Source: Chrysomallon squamiferum
Lineage: Eukaryota; Animalia; Mollusca
Assembly: GCA_012295275.1 (NCBI GenBank)
Contig: CM022679.1
Location: 24,862,001 to 24,926,000 of the forward strand
Reading direction: 5' to 3'
Length of the DNA stretch: 64,000 nucleotides
This document shows positions 46,070 to 58,500 of this stretch, one piece after another; within the stretch, counting starts at the first letter, position 1; every line of letters begins with the position of its first letter. The position numbers were made by a program, and so were the translations under genes. Below the pieces are notes generated by a model. The model saw nothing but the letters and a program-made list of their open reading frames with translations. It made no database searches and was not told the origin of the DNA.

Positions 46070-48449
46070 AACAAATAAAAAATAAAAAAAATTAGAAATA
46101 GTACTAAACCAATACATCTAGAATTGAAAAAAATGTAAGCAAAAATAGCTCAACCATTTACAAAAGTAATGGAAGAAATTAAACATAAAAATAAAAAAGA
46201 TAAAAAGAAAAGACCAACACAGAGGTTTAACCTGAGATAATTCAAATTCATAATCATGCAGAATGTGATGACTTTATCAGTGTAATTATTTATATATTTA
46301 TATATGCTTGGGATTAGGAGAAGACAGATAATTTCAACTTCTAATAAAAATAGCAATATACAATAAAAACTTATTTTGCCTGCTGTAAAATGATTCAGAA
46401 ATTTGGAAATATACATAAACAAATTTGTTTTATCTTCAAAGCGTAGTGTAGGAATTTTTATAATTTTAAAAATAAACTTATCAAGATGTTTAGTCAAATG
46501 AAGGTTCAACTTTTAATTTTTAGAACTTTTTATGTACATCTTAAGAACAAAGTAACAACAACAATAACAACAAAAAAGAACAAAAAAACAAAAACAAAAC
46601 AACACTTAAATAAATAATGTTTTTGTTTTTACTTTATAAATTTTATGAATATTTAATCAAATTCATATACAAAAAAATAACTAAATCCATGCTTTTACTG
46701 TGTAAAAGTGTATTTTAGCACACACACACAGGTATATATGTATGTATGTAACTGACATGAACCCAAGAATTAAAATAAATATCTATAGTTTAGTAAATAC
46801 AATCATAGATTTTTTTTCAAAAAAAGGATATAGCAAATAATAATATAGACATTATAATGATAACATCTGTCTAAAAAATAACACTAATCTAATTAATTTG
46901 AATAAAAAAGAAAACAAATCTATAACAGTAATTTTGGAGTTATTATGAACATCACATAATTAATGAAAAATAAATTAACCAACAAACCAAACAATCAAAA
47001 ACAAAAAAAAAACAAAAACAAAAAACATTCCCAGAAATTTCCAACAACAACTATTGTCTACCTGCAAAATGCCGAAGTGTCTTTTCTGGTAAAATCAAAC
47101 ATTTGCACAAGCATACTAAAAATAACAAAAAACCCTGAACAAAACAAAACTGATATGCTAAACACATCTGAATACTCACTACGTTTTGTTTTTGTTTTGA
47201 TTTGTTCTGATATTTTGTTATTTAGAAGAACAAATCAAAATATATTTGAGGAAGGTGAATATGTAAATGAACATTTTACCAGATTAAAAATGTTCTTATG
47301 CATGTTACAGGTTTTTGTGTATATTTACTGTTTTTAACAGTGGCTAGAGCAACATAATAATCAAGAGACAAAAATCTCCCTTTGGATGAAAAAAAAAAAA
47401 ATAATTAAAAAATAATTAATTAAAATTAAAAAATAATAATAAAAAAGAAACGATAGGTAAGATAAACATTAAGAAAATATATGTATGTTATTTGAAATTG
47501 GAAAGAATATTTCATAATTTATTTTAAAATGTAACTAAGAATAAGAAAAATATGCTATGAAGATCAGTAAATAGCTGTTATAACTGAACTTTAGATTCAG
47601 AATTTAATTAGAATGTATAACCATACTGAAACACAAAATCTTTAACGAACATGCATTTATTGATAAACACACAAAACACATATTAAACAGAACCTTCGTA
47701 TAATCAAGGCATATAGCCTGGGAAGTAGATAAACTTGTACAAGTGGTTGTAAAATGAATTCTACATAATGGGACTTATTAATGTCTACTAATTAGGAACT
47801 ATCTACATTCCAGTACTCTTGAGCAGTGTGCAGTGAACAATGATTTAATACTCAGTGGCACTGCTGCATGATTATGGTGCATCAGTTCAGCCACCTGCAA
47901 CATGTTGTCCACAGTCACGATGTATGCTCTGCATGTTTCCAATGTGTTCTCTCCCAGTAATTTTTATTTACAAATATTTAAGCTGGTAAGAATGCAGATG
48001 CCTGCTACCTTAATGTAAGACAGATGAATCTGTATGGCTGCCATTATTTTAAATCAGAAAGAGTTTCCAACTAAAACTTTCTATAGATTAAAACGGCAGA
48101 AAATAAACCTACAATGCACATATGCCTAATAAAAATCGAAGATAGTGCATTGAAATAGTAAATACCAACATGAGCAAAATAAAACAAAACTGAAGAACTA
48201 ACAACACAAGAAAAGAAAACACACAAGCACCTGCATTTCACTTGTATTGAAAAGTCTGTTCATACTGTAAGGCAGAAGATGTAAACCAACTAGTTCCTTT
48301 TGCTTCTCTATATATTCGTATTTAAGAAAACTAATACTACACAAAATATGATTTTCTATGTTTTATCATATATCAATACAAATATACATAAATATACATA
48401 ATATATATTACACATTATACATAATAACATACATAAAAAGAATCTTTTG

Positions 48450-48487
<38 letters not shown>

Positions 48488-49691
48488 GATGTCATCACAA
48501 GTATATAAAGTATGTTTTCATGTACAGAGGACTGTAGAAGAAAAATAAAACAGCAGAAACATTTTGTGCAGTATTAATAACTGGCAACATATATACCTGG
48601 ATCAAATGGTTTCTTTATCAGTGATGTTGCAGTCTTTTTCCATCTATATCTGAAATTAAACAAATGTATTTTGGTCAAAAGCAATCAACAAGTTTTTAAT
48701 CTACTCTCACAGATACAGTTATGTATCTTAATGATTTCAGATTCTCCTGAATTAAAGTTAATAGAATTTAAATGTAACAACTTTCAAACTAAACCCAGCA
48801 TTTCACAAAAATAAAGCTAAATAATAAAGAACTATATTAAATTTAAATAAAAAACTAGGATGATTCTATACTTTTTTTGTTAGGAAGCATCAACTGCTGG
48901 AAAACTATCATAACGTGCTATTGAAAATATAAAAATAACATGGAATTCAATTATTGCTAAAATTAAGTATATTATCACAAATATTTAACTATCTCTTTCA
49001 AAACAACTTAATACTTGCCTAATTTTTGTGTGTAAAACTACATGTTAACAATACAATTATTTCTTATCACTGTCTAATGTTAGAAAGCAAAAGGAAACAA
49101 ACCCTATTCTTTTCATACTCTTCCTGTTGGGAATGTCTTTAGCTCCACGGAATTTCACACCCTAAATACAGTACAATAAAATATTAAAAATTATTGGAAT
49201 GGAAATCACATCACCTTTAACATGCATTTAAAGCTCATATAAAATCACATCACCATTGTTACATTATACAAGAATAAATCAACATGAAAAAAAAAAAAAA
49301 CAGGAAATACACTCAAGAAAAAACGATGGTACTAAATTTGCTAGTACAAATGCAACAAATACACTTGGAAATCCCTAATGGGTTTTCTGTGTATTATAAA
49401 AAAAAGTATCAATTAATGTATATATTTTTATTTAAATTTTGATTAATTCAGCTACATCTCTTTAATTAATTATTTATGTGATCCCCAGGCCTGAACTAGT
49501 TAAAAAAGACTTTAATGCCAAAAAAAAAAAAAAATCGTCCCAGCATATTTGTATCAGCAAACTCAAAATGAGGTATTAGTTCAACAAAAATAAAGAAATT
49601 ATTTATATTTATGTCCCTTACCAAAGATGGAGAATTAGCTGTCAAGAATGTTCGGCTACTACCACTGGATGTTTTCAGGTGTTCCTTCAAC
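39497..49691 (-). CDS. EXOC7: Exocyst complex component 7 (Exo70), 3' portion; 5' exons not found (gap)
   Basis: In-phase exons at about 49622-49691, 49103-49161, 48597-48649, 45432-45538, 45020-45124, 44323-44442, 44087-44146, 43570-43608, 43039-43101, 42486-42552, 42050-42121, 41412-41532, 41059-41154, 40448-40526, 40069-40110, 39497-39733. Hallmarks: [71 protein letters not shown]. Confidence 0.95.
45172..45320. repeat. Degenerate ~21-bp tandem repeat in EXOC7 intron
   Basis: Variants of agaagaatcaattaatacttctt occur about 7 times. Confidence 0.7.
45570..46070. repeat. ~500-bp compound (TA)n/(TATG)n/(TACA)n microsatellite
   Basis: Directly visible. It is the source of the YI-rich spurious ORFs. 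Confidence 0.97.
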
Positions 49692-50067
49692 CTGAAACAT
49701 AAAAACATTTTATATTTGTTTCACTTCAGAACATATTTTAATTAAATCTGTATTAATTTGTTATAATTTGAATTATAATGAGTATTTTTAAATTCTATTA
49801 TTACATTTTGAACATAAATCTAAATTTTTAAATTTGGAATTTCAACTTTTTTTCTTTTTTTTTGAATTTGCTTTTAAAATTAGAGATCCTGCTATTAGAT
49901 AAATATAACACAGTTTTAAAATAAAATTTTAAGAAATAACAAAATTGAAACTAATCAATGAGAACAAGAACCAAGTTAATAAATTACTACTGATAGCAAA
50001 TAGCTCTTAACACTATGAGATTACTAAAATAAAATAATTAACAACATTCAGTTATAAGTAAATTAAA

Positions 50068-50267
50068 NNNNNNNNNNNNNNNNNNNNNNNNNNNNNNNNN
50101 NNNNNNNNNNNNNNNNNNNNNNNNNNNNNNNNNNNNNNNNNNNNNNNNNNNNNNNNNNNNNNNNNNNNNNNNNNNNNNNNNNNNNNNNNNNNNNNNNNNN
50201 NNNNNNNNNNNNNNNNNNNNNNNNNNNNNNNNNNNNNNNNNNNNNNNNNNNNNNNNNNNNNNNNNNN
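50068..50267. other. Assembly gap (200 N)
   Basis: Run of exactly 200 N. Confidence 0.99.
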
Positions 50268-52761
50268 TGATTTTATATTATTGTAGCCCATCTTGAAAAC
50301 TGTTTTCTCGTCTACGTTGCATTAATTATATTATTACAAGATAACAGTTTTCACCTCAGATTTCTTTTATTTATTGCCTGTTTTCTCAATAACTGTCGAT
50401 GTAAATACTCTACTAAATACTTTCATTTAATTTTCTGTCATAACACCTTGCCTTGCCTTTTAAAGTTATTATATATTTTTTATTTCCGCAAAGAAATATA
50501 TTTTGTTTCAGCTGTTTTAATTGGATAAATATTCTCAGGTTAGTCCAATCGGAATTAGTTTCTTTACGTTGTTAGTTAGAAAAAGATGGTGGCAAGCTAG
50601 CAAACATTTCCAGCGAAGGTTTCCAGCGAACTTTTAGAACCGTTACGTCAAAGAGTTATCGGTTGGTTAATGGAACATGTTGTCGTTAGCAATAACTGTA
50701 TGATCAAGTATTTGCTATTGCTTTTCCTTTTCACGTCCGACATATACCAACATTTAATACCAACAATTAATGTCTGTCCTCCAGTTGTGTTCTTAAATAT
50801 CATTAGCAATTTGTAATAAAAGTAAATAAATCCAGTTCTGTAATTAAAAACAAGTAAAAAAAAAAAATAATAATAATAATAAAAAATAAATAAATCATAG
50901 GAGAAAAAGGAGCCATTCTGTAATAAAATTTGATTTCCATTAAGTGATATGTAGTCATATATTAAGGTTTGCAACAGACATGATATTTGATATACTGGAG
51001 TGGAGTTGAGATCATCTGATGAACTTGGTTTCCATGATCAAACCTCTTCAGTGGATCTGATTACTGATGTAACACAACAAAGTAAAGGTCTCTGAAACAG
51101 AAACCCCTCAAAATTTTGCACCCAATAATTTAGAATTTATGTCATGTCACCCAACTGTAATCAGGTCCATCAATGAAGTTTCATTGTGTGAACCAAACAG
51201 AACAAGTCAGGTAACTCCTACCCCAGTATATCAGAATTGGTCTATTTGCACATACATAATGCACACGTTAATATATTAATTCAGAATGATCAACTTTGAT
51301 TACAAAATGTTAAGAAAATAACAGAGAAATTTGTTTTAAAACCATTTATTTTGACATAATTTCACATGAACTTATGGTTTAAACAGTTGAAATAAAGAAT
51401 TTATATTAACAAATGGAATATAAATTTATTTCTGTAAAGTTATCAGTTAAAACTTTATATTTACATGGAAATATATGAGTAAAACAATTTCTGTCATGAC
51501 AAACGGTTGGCTTGGGTTTTTTTCTTTCGTTTATTGTATGCAATAGGGTATAAAATAATTTTCAATATTATTATTATTATTAAGAAAGTTCCCTCTAAAC
51601 TTTTGGTTAATCTGTCAGCTAATAAATTTATTTTTATTTTAAACAGTCCTTTGATAAATGTAAATACAGTAACACATGGGTATGAAAAAAAAAACGTAGT
51701 TAAAGTATCTGCAAACTGAAAAACACAATACATCATCACAACAAACTTTTGCTTCTTCAAGCAGTTTACAATGTCCAAAATGTATTCCAGAAAACCCCAA
51801 GAAACAAACCATAAAGAACATAATCAAAATCCCACCTCAAAAACCCCTAAAAAACCCAGCAAATTAATAGAAATAAGAATTTAGTCAAAAACAAATGAGA
51901 CTAAGAAACAAAATAATAATTAATTTTAAAGAACTCATATCAAATAAATAAATAAATAAATAAATAAATAAACAAACCAAAATGACTCCTCATTTGAGGT
52001 TATTGTATTCAGAAAAAAACTTACCATTGGTGTAAATTTAAACAATTCCAAAATATATCTCATCATTTCTGATCATTCTCATCCTAGCTTATTCAGTTTA
52101 ACATGTAATGCAATGCTTTTTGAATAATTATGAAACAAAATAGAGAATAATTTGGATACTTGTAACCTACTTACTAATGTTATTCAAAATACAAAATAAT
52201 TAAAACCAATGTGGTTGTTTATTTATTGTCACTATTTCAGGTAGATCCTTCATTGAACTTAAAGAATTTCAGATAAAATACAAAGGTTCTGAACTCCTTT
52301 AGGAAATGGTTGCAACCTATATTAATGATTTAGTAGACAAAAATGTATAAAATATAATGCAAGATGTATTCAAGAAACAAGAATCTTAATTTCATATTAT
52401 TTGAAATACATCTAGTTATAAACTTCCAGAAAAACAATGAATCTAATCAATGGGCACTTTAATACTTTTGTTAAATTGTAAAATTATGCCTTTGTTACTA
52501 ATAATTAGCTAATTGCACACACCAGTTTATTTCAACAAATTAAGTTTAGTTATCATGGCACTCAAGAGTTAAATAATGGGTTTTTTCATTTTCTACCTTG
52601 AGAGGCTCATAAAAAAAGAACTTCAGATACATCAGTACAGACTATATGAGATAATACATTTAAATAATAATAATAATTACAGAAATGTAATGCATGTCAG
52701 CATGAAATTCCCTGCTGGAATCTGATTCATGTGATAATAACTCTTACTTTTGCAACTAACT

Positions 52762-53780
52762 TTATCTCATCTTAAAACAAACAATTTGTTTTCTGTTAAG
52801 ATAATGCAGTATTTCTTTAACAATTTCATGTCTGTATAAAAATAAGTTTGTATATAAAGGAATACACTTATTAGTTAAAACAGCTTTTGCTACAGCAGAA
52901 ACATAAACTCCACAGGTACTGGTATCAGTTTGTGTGGGAAAACCTGGCATTTCAGAGTAATTAACATAAGACCACAGAGTGATATTTAATGGTTTTCCAT
53001 AATACATCATATGTTCCAACATTAAATACCTGAACATATGAAAAATGACTTCATTATTTTTTACTCCCAAATGAATCACAGTAGATCAGTACTTTATTAG
53101 GTATGTTTATTACTATTATTGTTCAGTGAGTGTTTCTTTCATTCAACGGTACAACAACATATTTATAATGAAACCATCTTTCACTTTTACTTCTGCAATG
53201 TGAAATGTCCATCTAGGTTGATCTGTGTCACCATTAACTAAAATATTCTGACTGAACCAACCACAATCTACCATGTGAATATTCTGATTTTTGTTCAGAT
53301 GTTTTTGTAGTGCAGGTATGAATACATTAATATGGCTACTATTAAGGCAGTTATGTTGAAGAATGTTGTTTAAGAAATCTGCATTTACTGTTACACCAAT
53401 TTCAGTGCTAATCAATGAGAAGATCTGTTTGTTTCTTAATAAAAAATTTTTTTTACTAAAATGTAATGTCTCTAATGATACTCTGTTTATTATATTTTCG
53501 TCATAAAATAATAACAGTGATCTGCATGTTTATAAATCTGTTACATTTATGTCATTTACAGGTTTCATTTCACCTTTTTTTACTTCCATTTTTACTAAAC
53601 TGTCACCATCACAGGAAACAAGTTCCATTTTCTCTTCTTCACTTTTTCCCATAATGGGAAATTATTATCGTAATCATCAGAAGTATCATCTTCTGGTGTA
53701 GCTGTCTCATAAATATTGTCATCAAAAACTTGTTCCTCCTCACAAGTCTGATCTTCATCTGACATATCAGTCTGAAACGT
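52762..53780 (-). pseudogene. Decayed Ulp1/SENP-like (peptidase C48) cysteine protease with upstream acidic segment, probably transposon-derived
   Basis: Read across frameshifts: CLNSSHINVF (WLNDEIIN-like), VVPLNERNTH*TIIVINIPNKVLIYCDSF (HW with TGG>TGA at 53123-53125; catalytic Asp), then FPTQTDTSTCGVYV (PxQ..CGV, catalytic Cys). An acidic stretch DMSDEDQTCEEEQVFDD lies upstream. Confidence 0.75.
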
Positions 53781-53861
53781 TTTGTTACAATCTTGTTAAA
53801 AAAAAAGCCAGGATCTGACAAAAATTAACCTTCATCACAGCAAAGTACATGAACACTGTTC

Positions 53862-53892
<31 letters not shown>

Positions 53893-54267
53893 AATGTAAC
53901 TACCTGAAGTGTGTTATCCCATCCAAATGTCACATCTGTGGATAAGGAATTTCAATAAATAACCGACATTTTCCACTTTTCATACATTGCAAAAATAAAG
54001 TGAAGAAATATCTGAATTGCAACATGGTATTATAATATTATGAAAAACCTATAGAAACAATGATACCTGAGAAGCAAAGGTGAAAATGAAGAATGTGCTC
54101 ATGAAAAAGGTAACAAATAGTAAAAATAATAGTTTCTTCTAAAGTGGCAGTTCTGATATAACAATTAGTGAGAACATATACACACCAGTAGTTTATTAGA
54201 ATTACTGATACATGTAAGAACATAAACAGAAAGAACATTACCTACACAAAATAATTGGTCAAAAATT

Positions 54268-54790
54268 TATGTCACAGTATAAAAAGGTCAATACTGCTAA
54301 TGACAACTTACAGGAACACCCCCAGTGAAAACACTGTTGCTTTTAAACGGAATTTCTTGACGCAGATGTCTATGCAGTTCCTAATACTAGGTATTAATAT
54401 GGTTTACACCACATATAGACATTTATGTCACAGCATTTAGTTCTGTCTGCAAAAGGACGATCAATGTTGCCAATGACGACTTACAGGAACACCCCTAGTG
54501 AGACCCCTGCTGCTTTTAAACCGAATTTCGTGACACAAATGTCTATCCAGTTCCCAGTACCAGGTATTAATATGGTTTACACTACATATAGAGATTTATG
54601 TCACAGCATTTTGTTCTGTCTGTAAAAAAAGGTCAATATTGCCAATGACGACTTACAGGTATACACTGTGGAAAACACCACAATGTTCTTAAATCAAGTT
54701 TCTTGATGCACATGTTCATGCATTTTCTAAATGGCCTCTTATTATGGAATAGACAATATACAGTTATTTATGTTCTAGCATTTAATTGTC
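54268..54790. repeat. ~155-175-bp tandem repeat (about 3 units); reverse-complement copies at ~57230-57575, ~62078-62420, ~63762-64000
   Basis: Unit tttatgtcacagcattt...ggtcaatattgccaatgacgacttacaggaacaccc...gtctatgcagttcctaatactaggtattaatatggtttacac. Confidence 0.9.
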
Positions 54791-55566
54791 TGTTGGTCAC
54801 AACTGAAGTGGTTTATACATTCTATTTATAGAATAGTTAAGACCTTTGTTGTTAAATGTATTTTCAATAGCCAGACATAAGGTTACGATACACTATTTGA
54901 AATAGGATTAACTTTAACCTTACGTGAATGGCTTTGATTGTTGAAATGATTCTTCGTCAAGTTACTGTTAACACTAACAGACTTCTGGTTCCATCTCCTT
55001 TTAACAACCAGTGTTGAAAAGTAACGACTGGAATCTGAAAATAAGACAAATTTGCTCATTATAAAAAGTTATCCAAAATGACGTAAATATATCTGATATA
55101 TCAGGATATAAAAAGATTAGAAATGGTGATTGAGAATATAGTAAACAGATAGTATAAATTTGATTTTGCTCAAACTCAGCTAGTGAGCTAGCGAACAATA
55201 TGTCCGATGCGGAATGATACATAACAAACATCACATTTCGAAAATAAATTGCATTACATATTTGAAATTTTAATTTTGCTACAGTTTTCAAAAACGTATG
55301 CCTTTTTTTTTATAATAAAGGTGAGTATGTTTAAACTTTTATTGAAACTGCGAACTATTTGTTTGAAAGAACTGACGTGTGATAAATTATTCATTAGCGT
55401 TATCGTTTGCTGGTTTTACAGCGGCTGAAATTGTTCGCTGCCTTCATTTAAGTGATTAATACCCCAGTAAATCCACAATGGTCGGTGCCGGAACCTTGAA
55501 TTGGACGTGGGCACGTAAAAAGAGTTTTCCAACCAACCAACCAATCGGTGCTTTCTTTACATACAG

Positions 55567-58500
55567 AGTCTGAAAAAGAAGATGTCAGGGAAAAGAATGT
55601 TGAATGTTTGGTGGAAACAGGTTATTATTACTACCTCAACTAACTTTATTATTATTATTATTATTTTGTTTTCTTGCATATTAAAAATCATCAAATTTCA
55701 AACAACAAAAAGAATAAACTGTAATTAACCAGAGTTCAGCTACGCAGATGGATGTGCAAAGTTGTGTTATATAATTTATCATTTATTTATTGCATTTTCC
55801 ATTTGCCAGTAATCAAACAGTGAATATTCAATATGTATTTAACAAACAGAAACCAAAAAATAAAAAAAAATTAATTATGAATATCATTATTATTATGATT
55901 CTTGTTGTTTCAGATGCCTCCAGTGTCTAATGCAGATAAAGAAGGTATGAATGTTCATTAATTGGTTTTCATTTACTTCTAAATAATTCTGCATTACAAA
56001 GCTGCAGAAAAAATCCTAAACAAAAGCATCACAAAAATTTAAAATCCACAGTATAATTCATTTTGGGAAATGTCATTATCAAGAAAAATTAGTGATGAAA
56101 CAGTGTTTGCCTGGTTTCTTAAAGAAATTATCTTTGATTACAATGTCTGTAATTCCACGCAAACTTAATAATATTTAGTTAAAATATTCACAGATAGCAT
56201 GGGAGGTTTACAGATACTTGCAAAGCCTGTATTGGCATTATCAATGCTGTCATCTTTTGTCATTATGATTATGGGTAATTTTTCTTCATTTACAATGTCA
56301 TCAACCATCATATCAGTTCAGAACGGAATATGGTTTTCCAGATTCATACAGTCTTGATTGGTGCCTTATGTCAATCCATTTGACATCAGTATGGATAAAG
56401 GAATATCATTATTGGAATTGACTTCAAATTTTTGTTGCGGCCTGCATGAAATAGAGATGACGAAGCCAGGCATATTTCTCTACACTTAATCAATAACCCA
56501 TTACTCTTTATTTACTAAGGAAAACAACAGCGTTCCATTCCAGTAGTTCACTTTTAAAAAGCTAATTTCTCTTAAGTTTTATGGGAGTATAAAATGACTT
56601 AGAGAAATAGAGGATTTTGACTTACCTACAATGTTCAAATGTCATTGTTACTGACTTATATAGCAGCTCCTCACCTTTTAATTATGTATATCGACGTTGT
56701 GAAAAAATCAAATTCTGAATTACTTAGGTTTGAATTTTATTTCATGGCTGATTTTGATTTTATTATATATATTTTTTAATCATCTAGCCATATTGTGCAC
56801 ACTAATCATGGATTCACCTCATGTATTCTAACAATTGGAATTTTCCATCACAACTGACTTACATTTTCTTATCTTTAATGGCATGTCGGTATGTACTTGC
56901 ACATGTATTTACATACCTGTCGGTATGTACTTACACATGTGTAATCATGATAATGTTAGGCTAAAGAAAAGAAATTTAAAAGATATATTGATATTATTTA
57001 GAAGCAAAAGATAAATGAGTTGACAAGAATGTTTTGTTTACTGTAACTCATATTATGTTTATGTTGGTGTTTTACTATTCTAGTGCACACTACATTTTTT
57101 TTATAATCTTCAGTAAGTGTTAATTTATTTTTGCACATGTTCTGATAAAGAAGTTCCTTCTGTGGGGAAATCCATTGTCGGAAAGAAAGAAGGGGAGAAT
57201 TCCACTGATCAAGTAGGTATAGAAATATGTGCTGTGACATAAATTTCTATATCTGGTCTAAGCCATATCAGTACCTAGTATTAGGAACTGCATAGACATT
57301 TGTGTCATGAAATTCGGTTTAACAGCAGCGGGGTCTCACTAGGGGTGTGCCAGTAAGTCGCAGTTAGCAATATTGACCTTCTTTTTACAGACAGAACTAA
57401 ATGCTGTGACATAAATCTGTATATGTAGTGTAAACCATATTAGCATGTACTGTTAGGAACTGCATAGACATCTGTGTCACGAAATTCGGTTTAAGAGCAA
57501 CAGTGTTTTCACTGGGGGTGTTCCTGTAAGTTGTCATTAGCAGTATTGACCTTCTTTTTATGCTGTGACATAAATCTCTTTGATTTAGATTAGAGTCTTG
57601 AACATATTTGATGCATTATTTTGTGTAGGTAATGTTCTTTCTGTTTATGTTCTTACATGTATCAGTAATTCTAATAAACTTTATTGCTGTGTATATGTTC
57701 TCACTAACTGATATATCAGAACTGCCACTTTAGAATAAACTATTATTTTTGCTATTTGTTATCTTTTTCATGAGCAGATCATAGGCACATTCTTAATTTT
57801 CACCTTTGCTTCTCAGGTACCATTGTTTCTATAGGTTTTTTCATAATATTATAATACGTTGTTTCAATTCAGATATTTCTTCACTTTATTTTTGCAGTGT
57901 ATGAAAAGTGGAAAATGTCAGTCATTTGTTGAAATTCCTTATCCACAAATGGATTGTGGTGTGACATTTGGATGGGATGACACACTTCAGGTAGTTACTT
58001 TTTTTTTCTTTACTTTTATATAAGAACAGTGTTCAAACAGTGATCAGTGAATATTCAATATCTATTTAATGCATAGAAACCAAAAAACATAAAAATCTGA
58101 ATACTGAGATATTATTATTATTATGATTCTTGTTATTTCAGAATCCTACAGTGCCTGGTCCACCTAAGAAAGGTATGAATGTTTATTAAATGGTTTTCAC
58201 TCCAAAACCACACTGACATGTTTTTATATTTAAATTTAATATAGATATATTACTGAAAACATAAATCGATACACATCACCAAAATGTTCATATATTTTTG
58301 GATATCCAAAATGTATTCAGTCCATACTGAAGTGTTAATAGATAGATGTAAACTAAAAATATATAAAACCACATACATAAATATTTAAAATCATTAGTAC
58401 AATACATTTTAGGAAATAACATCAGAAAGGTTAGTGATGGAAAGACTATGCCTAGTTTTCTAAACAAATTATCTTTCATTACAGTGTCTGTACTTCCAAG

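Noticed and set aside
45532-46117. Long YI/HI-rich ORFs on both strands
   Set aside because: They are translations of a TA/TATG microsatellite inside an EXOC7 intron.
50560-51250. Possible promoter (aagatggtgg, repeated ttccagcgaa) and coding-like stretch right of the gap
   Set aside because: I could not assemble a consistent frame or recognise a product; stops occur in all frames examined.
53123-53125. TGA at the conserved Trp of the Ulp1 HW motif as evidence of an alternative genetic code
   Set aside because: Neighbouring frameshifts show general decay, TGG is used for other Trp codons, and TGG>TGA is a single transition.
54268-54790. Tandem units as a CRISPR-like array or as repeated 77-nt exons (ttacag|...|gtatt)
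   Set aside because: There are no unique spacers or cas genes and the context is eukaryotic. The 77-nt segments are not phase-symmetric and cannot be chained in frame.
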